DNA of 36,447 bases from a virus. Taxonomy: Duplodnaviria > Caudoviricetes. The stretch is taken from IMG/VR virus record IMGVR_UViG_3300037631_000806, positions 1 to 36,447 of that record; one strand, given 5' to 3'. A model generated the notes under the pieces. The model was given only the letters and a program-made list of their open reading frames with translations. It ran no database searches and was not told the origin of the DNA. Made by a program: the position numbers and the translations under genes. Shown here in pieces: positions 1 through 10,675 of this stretch. Numbering within the stretch: position 1 is the first letter of the stretch; each line of letters opens with the position of its first letter.

Positions 1-1
1 T

Positions 2-1669
2 CAAGATGATATATCAAGAGATGATGCAGCTAAAATACTTAAAGTATCTAAAGCACAGATATCAAGATTTCTTGCAGCATATCAAGAAGATTTAGAATCG
101 GAAAAAGCACAAGCTGATTGGGATGTACCTGAACAAGCTATTGAAGCACTAGAGTCATTTGTAGAATTTAGAAATAGATATTTTTTAACGGAGAAGGGTA
201 TTCCATTTGAAACTGCACCATTCCATATGGAGTGGATTAATTCACTTAACAAAGCTATAGAAGAAGGTGGACAGCAAATGATACTGTCACCTCCACGTCA
301 TGGTAAGACTGAGTTGTTAATTCACTTTACTATTTGGCGTATTATGAAAAATCCTAACATAAGAATTATGTGGGTAGGTGGTAATGAAGATATTGCAAAG
401 AACTCAGTGTCTTCTGTAATAGATACATTAGAGTCAAACGAAGGACTTAAAGAAGATTTTTGTGGACCAGGTGGTACGTTTAAACCTAAAACAAGAACTG
501 GTAAATCTTGGTCACAAAATGGTTTTACTGTATCTACAAGAACAGTACACGGTATAAAATCACCAACGCTTATTGGTATAGGTAAGGGTGGTAAGATACT
601 TTCTCGTGACTGTGATTTAATTATTGCAGATGACATTGAAGACCACGCTTCTACTGCACAACCACGTGCAAGACATAATACAAAAAACTGGTGGACAACA
701 ACGTTGGCATCACGTAAAGAGGAACATACAGCTATTATTGTTATTGGTTCAAGACAGCACCCTGACGATATCTATAGTTCTTTATTAGATTCAGAAGCAT
801 GGGAAACTATCGTAGAAGAAGCACATGATTCAGGTTGTCAAATACCTGAGTTAGAAGAAGAAGAACACGTAGACTGTATGCTATGGTCAGGATTTAGAAC
901 ATACAAATGGTTAATGTCAAGACGTAGAGATGCTATGACTACAGGTGGTTTACAAAGATTTGAAATGGTTTATCAGAATAGACCAGGAGAAGGTGGAGCA
1001 TCTATTTTTAATGTAGAAGCAATTACAGAATGTATGGACAATACGCAAGTAGTAGGAAAGATACCAAGAAACTCCTATTTAGTTGCAGGACTAGACCCTG
1101 CAGCATCAGGTTATCAAGCAGCATTTTTATGGGCAATATTAGATAATGGGGAAGATTCTCTATTACAGATGATAGATATACAAAATAACAAAGGTGGTGG
1201 TATAGAAGAAGCATTACAAGTTATTAAAGAATGGCACAAAATGTATAACTTATATCACTGGGTTATTGAAGAAAACAACTTTCAGAAAGCTATACGTCAA
1301 GACCCTAGGATAAAAGAATATGCAAATGTAAATGGAATTATTCTTGAAGGACATGAAACCTATAAAAACAAATGGGATAGTCACTTTGGTGTAACTTCTT
1401 TAGCTCCTATGTTTCAAGATAAACTAATTGTTTTGCCATACGGTAATACAGAGTCACAGATTAAATCTGAAATGTATAGGAAACAGTTATCTTATTTTTC
1501 TGCCAAACGGAAAAATGTATACAAATCTGATATAGTTATGGCAAGTTGGTTTCCAATTAAGGTTTTGCGTAAGTTGCAAAAAGCTCATTATTCTGATATG
1601 GGAATTGACTACACTCCTAGCTATGATGGCTTTGATGTAGTAGAATGGAATGACGCTCCATGGAGATAG
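2..1669 (+). CDS. terL: Terminase large subunit, 5'-truncated by the window; N-terminal HTH-like segment
   Basis: Frame is open from position 2 (QDDISRDDAAKILKVSKAQISRFLAAY...FHMEWIN), upstream of the track's ATG at 227. Walker A SPPRHGKT, Walker B LIIADD, coupling motif IGSRQH, RNase H-like nuclease AGLDPA...KSDIVMA. Lies directly before the portal. Confidence 0.93.
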   Translation, partial: QDDISRDDAAKILKVSKAQISRFLAAYQEDLESEKAQADWDVPEQAIEALESFVEFRNRYFLTEKGIPFETAPFHMEWINSLNKAIEEGGQQMILSPPRHGKTELLIHFTIWRIMKNPNIRIMWVGGNEDIAKNSVSSVIDTLESNEGLKEDFCGPGGTFKPKTRTGKSWSQNGFTVSTRTVHGIKSPTLIGIGKGGKILSRDCDLIIADDIEDHASTAQPRARHNTKNWWTTTLASRKEEHTAIIVIGSRQHPDDIYSSLLDSEAWETIVEEAHDSGCQIPELEEEEHVDCMLWSGFRTYKWLMSRRRDAMTTGGLQRFEMVYQNRPGEGGASIFNVEAITECMDNTQVVGKIPRNSYLVAGLDPAASGYQAAFLWAILDNGEDSLLQMIDIQNNKGGGIEEALQVIKEWHKMYNLYHWVIEENNFQKAIRQDPRIKEYANVNGIILEGHETYKNKWDSHFGVTSLAPMFQDKLIVLPYGNTESQIKSEMYRKQLSYFSAKRKNVYKSDIVMASWFPIKVLRKLQKAHYSDMGIDYTPSYDGFDVVEWNDAPWR

Positions 1670-3419
1670 ATTGTTAGTAGAAGATATTTTAAATAGAACC
1701 ACGCATCTTAAAGAAATGCATGATGAAGCTCTGCCTGATAGAGCAAGGTTTAGAGCAATTATGAATGGTGGGGAACAAGGACTAGCAGCATTACTCGGTC
1801 CTGCATTAAACAACATGGATTCAGAATTACTTCCTGCTCCAAACTTATTAGTATCTGCACTAGACAGACTAGCTCAGAAGATAGGTAGAGCGCCTGCTTT
1901 AGATGTTCATATCACAAACCCTAGAGATAGTGAAAGAAATAAAAAGAAAAAAGATAAGTTAGAACGTGTAGTTACTGCTTATGACCAATTTCAAAATTTA
2001 GATTTACAATTACCACAAGTTGCTAGATGGCTACCAGGTTATGGATTTGCTGTATGGGTTATTACTACAAAGACAGACCCACAAGGTAATGTATATCCAA
2101 CAGCAGAACTAAGAGACCCTTACTCTACATTCCCTGGATATCAAGGTGCTAATCAAATGGCAGAAGAACTTGTGTCAATTAGAAAAGTACCAGGAGAATA
2201 TCTAGTAGAAATGTATCCTGAACTTAAAGGTTGGTTTAATGACCAAGGTCGTAAAACAAATGAACCTTATAACTTTGTATCAGGCTTATATACAAATCCA
2301 GGACAAGATGGTTCATGGGAAAATCAAAATGAATCAGGTGAAGTTATTGTTGAATATATTAATCCTGAAGGTACATACATAGTACACGTAGCGTCAAAAA
2401 CTATAGTTGACTTTGTACCTAATCCATTGAAATCAGGACCTGCATTTGTTTGTGTAAAGAGATATTCTTTTGACCAAATACAAGGACAGTTTGACCAAGT
2501 TATAGGATTAATGGCTGCTATGGCAAAGATAAACATTATGTCAATCATTGCTATGGAAGATGCTGTATTTACAGAAACAAACATAGTTGGTGAAATAGAA
2601 TCAGGACAATATAGAAAAGGTAGAAATGCTATTAACTATTTGTCACCAGGTTCACAAGTTATAAAACCAGTAACCAACTTACCGTATCAGTTGTTTGACC
2701 AAGTATCAAGACTAGAAAGACACCTAAGAACAGTCGCAGGTTACCCAGTACAAGATGACTCTATATCTCCTAATAGCTTTGTAACAGGTAGAGGATTAGA
2801 AGAACTACAAGCAGGTATTGGAGCTATGGTTAATGAATATCACAAAGTATTACAAGTTGGTATACAACAAATAGATTACAAAAGATTAGAGCTTGATGAA
2901 TTAGTTTTGAATAAACGTAAACCTTTAGTAGGTACACTACGAGGTTCAGCGTTTGCTGAAAACTATACACCAGGTACAGATATTGATGGTAACTATCTTA
3001 CAAGACGTAAGTATGGTGCTATGGCTACATTTGATGAAGCAGGAAAAGTTATTACAGGTTTGCAATTATTACAAGCAGGTATTATAGACAAAGAGACTAT
3101 GCAGCGTGAAATGGATGGACTAGATGATTTACAAGCTATTAATGAACGTATTACAAAAGATAAAGCAGAAGAAGTTATGTTTCAATCTTTGTTAGCTAGA
3201 GCTAGTAACAATGACGCTAAAGCACAAATGGCATTAGTTGAGATATACAATAAACCAAATTCTATAGGTCAGATACTTAAAAAGTTTTTTACAGCAGAAG
3301 AACCACAACCAAACCCTGAAGAAGCAATGATGGCAGGAATGGGTGGACCATCACCGCAAGCAGGTGGACCTCCTCCTAATCCACAAGATGTATTAAGTCT
3401 CTTACAACAAGGAGCGTAA
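1650..3419 (+). CDS. Portal (head-tail connector) protein
   Basis: 589 aa, overlaps terL 3' end, helical N-terminus, GYGFAVWV...RDPY segment and low-complexity P/G/Q C-terminal tail typical of podovirus portals. Confidence 0.8.
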   Translation: MTLHGDRLLVEDILNRTTHLKEMHDEALPDRARFRAIMNGGEQGLAALLGPALNNMDSELLPAPNLLVSALDRLAQKIGRAPALDVHITNPRDSERNKKKKDKLERVVTAYDQFQNLDLQLPQVARWLPGYGFAVWVITTKTDPQGNVYPTAELRDPYSTFPGYQGANQMAEELVSIRKVPGEYLVEMYPELKGWFNDQGRKTNEPYNFVSGLYTNPGQDGSWENQNESGEVIVEYINPEGTYIVHVASKTIVDFVPNPLKSGPAFVCVKRYSFDQIQGQFDQVIGLMAAMAKINIMSIIAMEDAVFTETNIVGEIESGQYRKGRNAINYLSPGSQVIKPVTNLPYQLFDQVSRLERHLRTVAGYPVQDDSISPNSFVTGRGLEELQAGIGAMVNEYHKVLQVGIQQIDYKRLELDELVLNKRKPLVGTLRGSAFAENYTPGTDIDGNYLTRRKYGAMATFDEAGKVITGLQLLQAGIIDKETMQREMDGLDDLQAINERITKDKAEEVMFQSLLARASNNDAKAQMALVEIYNKPNSIGQILKKFFTAEEPQPNPEEAMMAGMGGPSPQAGGPPPNPQDVLSLLQQGA

Positions 3420-3655
3420 TGGCAGACAATATGAATTTTGATAGGACTAACAGTCTGTTTCATCAAATTATTATGGCTGAAGATTGGGAAGTAAACAAAG
3501 TTGATGTAGCTGAGCTATACTTAAATGACCAACTACAAGAAGACAATAGTGTTGAAGAGTGGATAGACATGAATGGCTTAACAGTTATTTATGTACCAGG
3601 ATTCGGTAAATTACAAATGGTATGGATAGAGGACGATAATGACACGAGGAGTTAA
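3419..3655 (+). CDS. Hypothetical protein (78 aa)
   Basis: TAATG overlap with portal stop; AAGGAG SD upstream. Confidence 0.7.
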   Translation: MADNMNFDRTNSLFHQIIMAEDWEVNKVDVAELYLNDQLQEDNSVEEWIDMNGLTVIYVPGFGKLQMVWIEDDNDTRS

Positions 3656-4001
3656 AAAAGGTGCATTTGCAATAGATGCACAAAGAGGAGAAGGTTCAGC
3701 AGCAAGAGAAGCTGCACTTAGAGGCGCACCATTGCTACCTGAAGATAAAGCAGCTATGACTGAAATGCCTATTAACATGGAAAGACCTCCTGAGCAAGCT
3801 CAACAAAATATACAAGCACAACAGTTGATGGGAAATGCATTTGGAGCAACTAACGATACAACTCCAATGATGCAACAAAGTCCAACGTTTGATGAATTTG
3901 AAATCGTTGACCCAGGTCAAGCATCAAACACGAATATGATACTTGCAGCTATAAACGATTTACTGGGAGGTAGTGAAGAAGCAAGCGCTATGATAATATA
4001 A
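3639..4001 (+). CDS. Hypothetical protein, probable small virion protein (120 aa)
   Basis: GAGGA SD at about 3629-3633, Q/A/M-rich, lies between portal and internal virion genes. Confidence 0.7.
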   Translation: MTRGVKKGAFAIDAQRGEGSAAREAALRGAPLLPEDKAAMTEMPINMERPPEQAQQNIQAQQLMGNAFGATNDTTPMMQQSPTFDEFEIVDPGQASNTNMILAAINDLLGGSEEASAMII

Positions 4002-4003
4002 TT

Positions 4004-7000
4004 ATGGCATTTTACGCTTACGAACCACCTGACCTCGAAGAAGATTACATAAATAAATCTAATGAACGAGAACAAAAATATAATGCTATTAAACAAACTA
4101 TTCAACAAAAACCTCAAGTTGGTAATAATTTAGAAGACATTGTAAATAAATGGGGTAACGTTCTACCTAAAGACATAATGGTTGGTAGTGCTTTAATGGG
4201 TTTTTCTTCTATATCTCCTGAAGTAGGTTTACTGTTAGAAAGATACGAAGAGTTAGAAAAAGAAAAGAACTCAAGTTTTTGGGAAAAAACAAAAGCAGCA
4301 GGTAGAGGACTTGTAAGAAATGCTTTTGTTGGTATGGATTCTTTAGCAGAAGCTACAGTTAAAAGACCTTTTCAAGCATCAGCACGTTCATTAATAGACA
4401 ATGGAATGAATGTAAACCTAGCATATTTACACACACTTACAAACTTAGTTGGTTTAGATAAACCAATAATGGAAATGACAATGGGTGGAGAAGCGTACGG
4501 TAATTTTCGTAAAGATTATGAAACAGCTAAAGACGAACTAGGACCTACAACTGCAGGATATGCAATACAAGAAATGGCTAAAGGTAATAGAGTAAACCTA
4601 GGACGTGGATATTTTGGTAACTCTACACTTGCTAGAGATACAGATATATATAAAGAGCTATCACAAACTATATCTGACCCGCAACAATTATCTGCAATAG
4701 AGAAAGTTATACAGGGACAACTTGGTTTTGATATAACAGGAACACAAAGAGAAAAGTTAGAATCTAATAAATACCGTGGTGTAACTATAAGTCCTGGAAG
4801 AGTAGCTGCAGTACAAATGGCTGAACCAGGAACAGATAGGTTTAAGTTTATATCAGGTCTTATTGATGGTGCTGTTACTTTAGGATTAGACCCTGCAAAC
4901 CTTGCAGGTGCATGGGTTGGTAAACTTGGAAAAGCAGGTAAAGCATTTTCTGTTGGTGAAAAAGTATCTAGTGGAGGCAATGTAGGAGCAAGAACTCTTA
5001 TAGGTCAAGGCAATAGATTGTTTCAAACAGTTAAAGTATCAGATGAAGCAGTTACTGCTAATGTTTTTAAAATGTCAGATGCTGCTCAGTATAAAAATGT
5101 TGTAGGTGTTGATGTAGGAGAAACAATACTTCGTGGTGACATCACATACACTATGGATGAATTAAATGAAATAGCTAGAGCCAATGGTAGAAAAGGCGCA
5201 CAGATAAACAATAGTAGACAGTATCAAGAATTTTTAAGAGCTAATCGTTATGGTGAAGGTTATACACGTGGTGTAGATGACAAGTTTGTACACAATATAA
5301 AATTTTATGACAATGCAGAACTTCGTAATGGAAAATTTACAGAAGGTTTAAGAACAGGAACTGGTGGTAGTTTTGTAGACAACGCAATATTAAACATGAC
5401 TGGTAATAAGATGGCTGACTTAGTAAATCTAAATAAAGTTAAAAATAATAAATTTGCATTGTTTTTAAACAGATATGGTAGTGATATTACTTTTGATGAA
5501 GAAGTTGGTAGAGCTGTTTTAAAGTGGGTAGATGCAGATGAAAGTCATATAAAAGAATTTTATAAATGGTTTAAGTCTGACCATAAGTGGCAAGCTAAAC
5601 AATTCGACACTATGGATGAGCTGATAGATAATACTATACTCCATGAGCTAGCACACACTTGGGTTGCTAAAGGTAAATCACCAAAACAATTTGCATTAGA
5701 TAAATCTATTTGGAATCCACTGGGCAAGGCTGCACGAAGACGAAGAAGAGATAAAGCCTTTTCTAAGTGGAACAAAGATAGAGAACCACAAAGTGTAATG
5801 GGATTAAAGTCTCAATGGGATTTAGAACGAGATGTTGAACAAATGGTTACTAACTTTAAGAATAGACATATAGCAGATATTGAAGGTGCTAAAAATGCAT
5901 CAGGATTACAAAAGTTTTTAAAACCATCATTAAATAAAACAGATTTTGAAGAATGGCATATGACAACAGGTAAAGCTATTTATGAATTTATATCAGATGG
6001 TGTAACCAATAAGTCATTAGATTATGAAAGTTTAAGACAGCTTATGCCTGAAGCTAGTCCTTCTACTCTACAAGATATATTAGAAAATCCTAATGTAGGA
6101 AATGTATCAGAAAGTATTGCTAGAGAAGTTAGAACTGGTGGTATAACAAAACGACTAGACCCATATAGCTATGCTTTCAAAGGTAGCGTATCAAGAAATG
6201 CAGGTAAGTTACTAGGAAAAGCAGGAAGAGTTGCAGGTGACGGTAACTTAGTAGATTTATCTGATATGGGTAATTTCTTAGGAGTATCTGCTGTAGCTAA
6301 AAGAACTTTTAAAGATACTGCTATTGCTAGAATATTTGGTCAGGTTAGTCCTACATTTATTACTTCTGCTTCACACACACAAGGATTAAAAGAAATGGAA
6401 AAACTTATAAAGTCTTTACCTTTTGAAAAGAACATTAAACAAGATTTATATAAAAAACTTGCAACTACAGATGCAGCTATATTAGGTCAGTTTGCTGAAC
6501 AAGGTACATACTCAAAACTAAGACAAACCGAAGAATTTTTTAAACTACTTATAGGAGACGGTACACCAAAGAATGCAGGTGTGTTAGGAGAACTGCAAAA
6601 GATAATGACATCTCAAGGTTTTCCTGGTCCTTTAGCAGGTGGTATTACAAAATTTATTGGAGAGATAGATGATGCAAGAAAGTATTGGGTATCTTTAGTA
6701 GGAGAACATATTGTTGATGTTGGGTTCGGTACTTCAAAAACATCTACAAAAGCAGCAGATACAGCATTTGATATGATTAAAACAGAACTTGATTTAGAAA
6801 AACTTGAAGGTTTAGCTAGAGCAGGTAAAGCTGATGAGATTTCTGAGTTTATGATTACACTAGGTAATCAAGAAATAGCACAACCTACTGCAATGCTTAT
6901 GTCAGAAATGCTTGTAGGTAATATTCCTTTGTTTGATACCAACGAAGTATTTAGAGTTTTAGGTACATATCGTAACTCTCTGTTAAAAATCTCAGGGTTA

Positions 7001-10000
7001 AGTACATTAACTGGTCTTAAAAGATTAGACTTACCACAGCTATTAGGTAAACAACTAGATAGAAACCCTGTATTGTCTTTAGCTAAAACTAATGATGAGT
7101 TTAAAAAGTTCTTATCTAATTGGGAATTGCCAGTTAAAGCACCTTCAGATAAGAAAGTTAAACAGTCCTACATTCGAGAGTTACAACTTAAAGCTAAACA
7201 AGAAGTTATAGAACAATATGAAAAAATATCAGGAACTACTTTAAATGCTAAAAGCTCAGATGAGATTGCTGAACTTATTGATGATGAAACATTTGAGATA
7301 CTTAATCAGTTAACAACACCTACACAGATAAACACAGCACTTAATGTAGGTAACATATCCTCTAATGCTGTTACTAAGAATATAGCAAAATTGTTTTATT
7401 CACAAATAGCTACAGATGAAGGTGTAAAACTTGTTAACAAAGCATACATACGTTGGGCAAACAACGCAATGCAACAAGCATGGAAACCTTTTACATTGTT
7501 AAGATTAGCGTGGACAACAAGGGTTATTGCAGAAGAGCAATTAAGAATGTTTGCAGCAGACATGACTAATGTATGGTCACATCCTGTAGCTCATATGAGT
7601 TATGTTCTCAAACCCGATAGTAATTTAGTAAATAATATAAGTAAGGCTTTAGATATATTACCTTTTCCTGATGACGTAAGACTTGGAGAAAAGTTTGTAG
7701 CAGGTTTAAAAAAAGGAGAAGTAGATATTTTAGGTAGAAAGATGTCTGAAGAACTTTTATTTAAACAAGCAATGTCAAGAGGTTCTAATGGAATTATGAT
7801 GCGTAAAGCATCTTCTGTAGATAGATTCTTTAAAACTATTAAAAGAGATTCTGTTACTAATAGTACTAAAAGCCGTAGACAATACGCTAAAGGTTGGTTA
7901 ACAGAAATGACACAGCTAGCTGATGATGAGTTAATGGTTGTTATTGCTAATGTACTAGCAGATAATGGTAAAGCTACAAGAACACCATTTAGAAACCTAG
8001 ATGAATTAGGAGACTACTTAACAGGTAATTTTCCTGCAGAAAGATTAGCTGTATTAGATAATACTAAATCTGCACAAGCAGCTAAGAAAACATTTATGGA
8101 ATGGACTAATAGTGGTGATGCCATAACTAATACAGGTAGGCAAATGATTCGTGGTGACAAAGACAGAACTATGGAGTTACTGCAATCATACGCTGCTAGA
8201 CTATATGACAAAGTAGGTGGTGGTGGTGGATTTAAAAAATATGTACAAAACCCAAAACTTGACCCTGATAAAATACCTGACTTATCTACAGTATCTTTTG
8301 AAGAAGCATTAGAAAAAGGATACATTGTTGAAATAAATAAAGGTGTAGTTTATAAAAACCCAGGAGCAAATGATGGTGATTTACCTATACGTATGTTGTA
8401 TGAACTTGTTCCAGGAGATAAAACATTTCAATACATAGAGTGGATTGCTAATAGAAAGCTAATGATAAACACTAAAACTAGAAGTTTTGAAATGCCATTG
8501 AATGGTCTGAACACTGAAAGACAATTTAAAACAGGTACAAAGATACTTAGTGACTATGCAGAGAATGGACCTGACGTAGTAAAAGTATCTAAGAAGATGA
8601 TTAATGATGTAGATGTAAAATCATACAATGGAGCTATTGAAAGAGCGTTTGATTTCTTTATGTCAACGCCAACAAACAAACTATCAAGAGCGCCTGCTTT
8701 TAAACAGTTTTACTATCGTAACTTAGAAAAGATGGCAGACAGATTTGAAGCAGATACTTTAGCAGAGCTATACAAGAACAAAGACATCATGGAAGCTATG
8801 CCAAAATCTACTAGACAATATCTTGACCAGTTAGTACCTAAACCAAAAGGTACTGGTGTAAGTGTAGATGAGTTAGAAAATATTGATGATTTTCTTAAAG
8901 CTACAGCATTATCAGAAACAGAAGAATTACTATATAGCTTAAACAACAGGTCACAGTTTACACAGGCTAATGCATTGCTATTTCCTTTCGCTGAAGTTCA
9001 TTTAGAAATAGCTAAAACGTGGACAAGATTACTTACAGAAAACCCTAGAAAACTACGTAAGTTACAAATAACAACAGATACTTTAAAAGAAGGTAATCCA
9101 TTTAACTTTGATTTCTTAGGTGGGGATGCAGCAGATGATAAGCCTATGGTATATACTGATGAACTCACAAACGAAGAAGTATTTGTATATCCATTAGTAG
9201 ACCCTATACTTAGAAACTTTTTCCAAAATGTACAAAGTAGAGACCTAGGTGGACAGCAACCTAGAAGTGAAGTAAACCTTAGAGCTGTAGGATTTACGTC
9301 ATCAGCAAACATAGTTGCAGGTGGTTTAGTTCCTGGAGTAGGACCTGTAGCACAGATAGCAGCAAAAGCAATTATGCCTAATATGAAAGAAACTTCTGCA
9401 TTATACGAGTTTATATTTCCTTTTGGTGAACCATCAGGTAATGCTGTAGAACAAGCAGCAGATTACTTATTACCTGAATGGATTCAAAAATTAGGTTCTG
9501 CAATAAGTACAAGTCCTCAGTCTTGGTCAAGAGCTTACTCTAATACACAGAAAGAAGTACTAAGAGCTAAGTTAGTTAGTGGTGCTATAGAGCAAGGTCG
9601 TGAACCAAGAACACAAGATGAGATGAATAAGATTTTACAGAGAACAAAACAAGATGCACTTGTTATGCATTTAATTAAATCAGCAGCACAGTTTACTTTT
9701 GTGTCTCCATCATTTAGATGGGAGCTAGAGGTAGAACCTGGAAGAAGTATGCATGTAGACCCTAAGTATTTGAGAGATAGAGGTATAGACCCTGAAGGTA
9801 GAATATTTGGATTTAATGTTTTACAAAGTGTGTACGGTAGATTACTTGGAGAATACGAGGATGAAGTTATAGCTACTCAAGTATTTACACACTTATTTGG
9901 TACTGACCCAACCGCATTGATTATTTCAAAGTCAAAAGAAATAAGAAGAGTACCTTATACAGATGAAGCATTAGATTATGCAATGGACAATGAAGAAAAA

Positions 10001-10675
10001 TATAAAATTTATCCTGATATGTTTTACTATGTAAGACCTGATATTGGAACAGATGAATTCGTTATGGCATCTTGGGTTAACTCTTTTGATGACAATTATC
10101 TAGGAGATTATTCTGCTAGAACAGACTTAGACTTAGGAGAGTGGGCGCAATTACACAATCAAGCTGCAGGAAGAATGGCTCTTGAAAGATACAGAAGAGT
10201 TATAACTGACCCAAATAGTCCACAGTTTGTACCAGACGAAGCTATTAGAGAGATTATGGTTACGACATACAAAGATACTTTAGCTGATTATTTTCCTGGT
10301 TATTTAGAAAAACCTAGGACAGAAAGTCCTACAGACTTAGGAACTAAACTAAAACAGTTGTATCAAATGTCTGAAGACCCTGATTTACAGAATGAAGAAG
10401 TTATAAAAGGTTTAAAGATATGGCTAGAAAGTTATGATAATATACTTACAGTACGTTCAACAGAGACAGGTAGACCTGGTTCTGACCCAACAAACGCTAA
10501 TTGGTATTTAGCAAGAGACCAATTAAGATTAAAAGGACAAGAGATATCTAAAGCATATCCTTTGTTTAGCTTTTTAAATGAACAAGTTTTGGATAGAATA
10601 CTCAGAGAGAATGAAGAAGAGTTGATAAGATACGGCTATACTTATAACCAACAATTATATAAGGCAGACCAATAA
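4004..10675 (+). CDS. Very large putative internal virion/DNA-ejection protein (2223 aa) with a zincin-type HEXXH motif
   Basis: Size and mostly helical composition, structural operon context, TILHELAHTW (HELAH codons 5642-5656). Confidence 0.65.
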   Translation: MAFYAYEPPDLEEDYINKSNEREQKYNAIKQTIQQKPQVGNNLEDIVNKWGNVLPKDIMVGSALMGFSSISPEVGLLLERYEELEKEKNSSFWEKTKAAGRGLVRNAFVGMDSLAEATVKRPFQASARSLIDNGMNVNLAYLHTLTNLVGLDKPIMEMTMGGEAYGNFRKDYETAKDELGPTTAGYAIQEMAKGNRVNLGRGYFGNSTLARDTDIYKELSQTISDPQQLSAIEKVIQGQLGFDITGTQREKLESNKYRGVTISPGRVAAVQMAEPGTDRFKFISGLIDGAVTLGLDPANLAGAWVGKLGKAGKAFSVGEKVSSGGNVGARTLIGQGNRLFQTVKVSDEAVTANVFKMSDAAQYKNVVGVDVGETILRGDITYTMDELNEIARANGRKGAQINNSRQYQEFLRANRYGEGYTRGVDDKFVHNIKFYDNAELRNGKFTEGLRTGTGGSFVDNAILNMTGNKMADLVNLNKVKNNKFALFLNRYGSDITFDEEVGRAVLKWVDADESHIKEFYKWFKSDHKWQAKQFDTMDELIDNTILHELAHTWVAKGKSPKQFALDKSIWNPLGKAARRRRRDKAFSKWNKDREPQSVMGLKSQWDLERDVEQMVTNFKNRHIADIEGAKNASGLQKFLKPSLNKTDFEEWHMTTGKAIYEFISDGVTNKSLDYESLRQLMPEASPSTLQDILENPNVGNVSESIAREVRTGGITKRLDPYSYAFKGSVSRNAGKLLGKAGRVAGDGNLVDLSDMGNFLGVSAVAKRTFKDTAIARIFGQVSPTFITSASHTQGLKEMEKLIKSLPFEKNIKQDLYKKLATTDAAILGQFAEQGTYSKLRQTEEFFKLLIGDGTPKNAGVLGELQKIMTSQGFPGPLAGGITKFIGEIDDARKYWVSLVGEHIVDVGFGTSKTSTKAADTAFDMIKTELDLEKLEGLARAGKADEISEFMITLGNQEIAQPTAMLMSEMLVGNIPLFDTNEVFRVLGTYRNSLLKISGLSTLTGLKRLDLPQLLGKQLDRNPVLSLAKTNDEFKKFLSNWELPVKAPSDKKVKQSYIRELQLKAKQEVIEQYEKISGTTLNAKSSDEIAELIDDETFEILNQLTTPTQINTALNVGNISSNAVTKNIAKLFYSQIATDEGVKLVNKAYIRWANNAMQQAWKPFTLLRLAWTTRVIAEEQLRMFAADMTNVWSHPVAHMSYVLKPDSNLVNNISKALDILPFPDDVRLGEKFVAGLKKGEVDILGRKMSEELLFKQAMSRGSNGIMMRKASSVDRFFKTIKRDSVTNSTKSRRQYAKGWLTEMTQLADDELMVVIANVLADNGKATRTPFRNLDELGDYLTGNFPAERLAVLDNTKSAQAAKKTFMEWTNSGDAITNTGRQMIRGDKDRTMELLQSYAARLYDKVGGGGGFKKYVQNPKLDPDKIPDLSTVSFEEALEKGYIVEINKGVVYKNPGANDGDLPIRMLYELVPGDKTFQYIEWIANRKLMINTKTRSFEMPLNGLNTERQFKTGTKILSDYAENGPDVVKVSKKMINDVDVKSYNGAIERAFDFFMSTPTNKLSRAPAFKQFYYRNLEKMADRFEADTLAELYKNKDIMEAMPKSTRQYLDQLVPKPKGTGVSVDELENIDDFLKATALSETEELLYSLNNRSQFTQANALLFPFAEVHLEIAKTWTRLLTENPRKLRKLQITTDTLKEGNPFNFDFLGGDAADDKPMVYTDELTNEEVFVYPLVDPILRNFFQNVQSRDLGGQQPRSEVNLRAVGFTSSANIVAGGLVPGVGPVAQIAAKAIMPNMKETSALYEFIFPFGEPSGNAVEQAADYLLPEWIQKLGSAISTSPQSWSRAYSNTQKEVLRAKLVSGAIEQGREPRTQDEMNKILQRTKQDALVMHLIKSAAQFTFVSPSFRWELEVEPGRSMHVDPKYLRDRGIDPEGRIFGFNVLQSVYGRLLGEYEDEVIATQVFTHLFGTDPTALIISKSKEIRRVPYTDEALDYAMDNEEKYKIYPDMFYYVRPDIGTDEFVMASWVNSFDDNYLGDYSARTDLDLGEWAQLHNQAAGRMALERYRRVITDPNSPQFVPDEAIREIMVTTYKDTLADYFPGYLEKPRTESPTDLGTKLKQLYQMSEDPDLQNEEVIKGLKIWLESYDNILTVRSTETGRPGSDPTNANWYLARDQLRLKGQEISKAYPLFSFLNEQVLDRILRENEEELIRYGYTYNQQLYKADQ

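Noticed and set aside
4004-10675. Virion RNA polymerase (N4/crAss-like)
   Set aside because: No DxDGD/DFDID or T7-type polymerase motifs recognised; NDGD alone is insufficient. A structure search would settle it.
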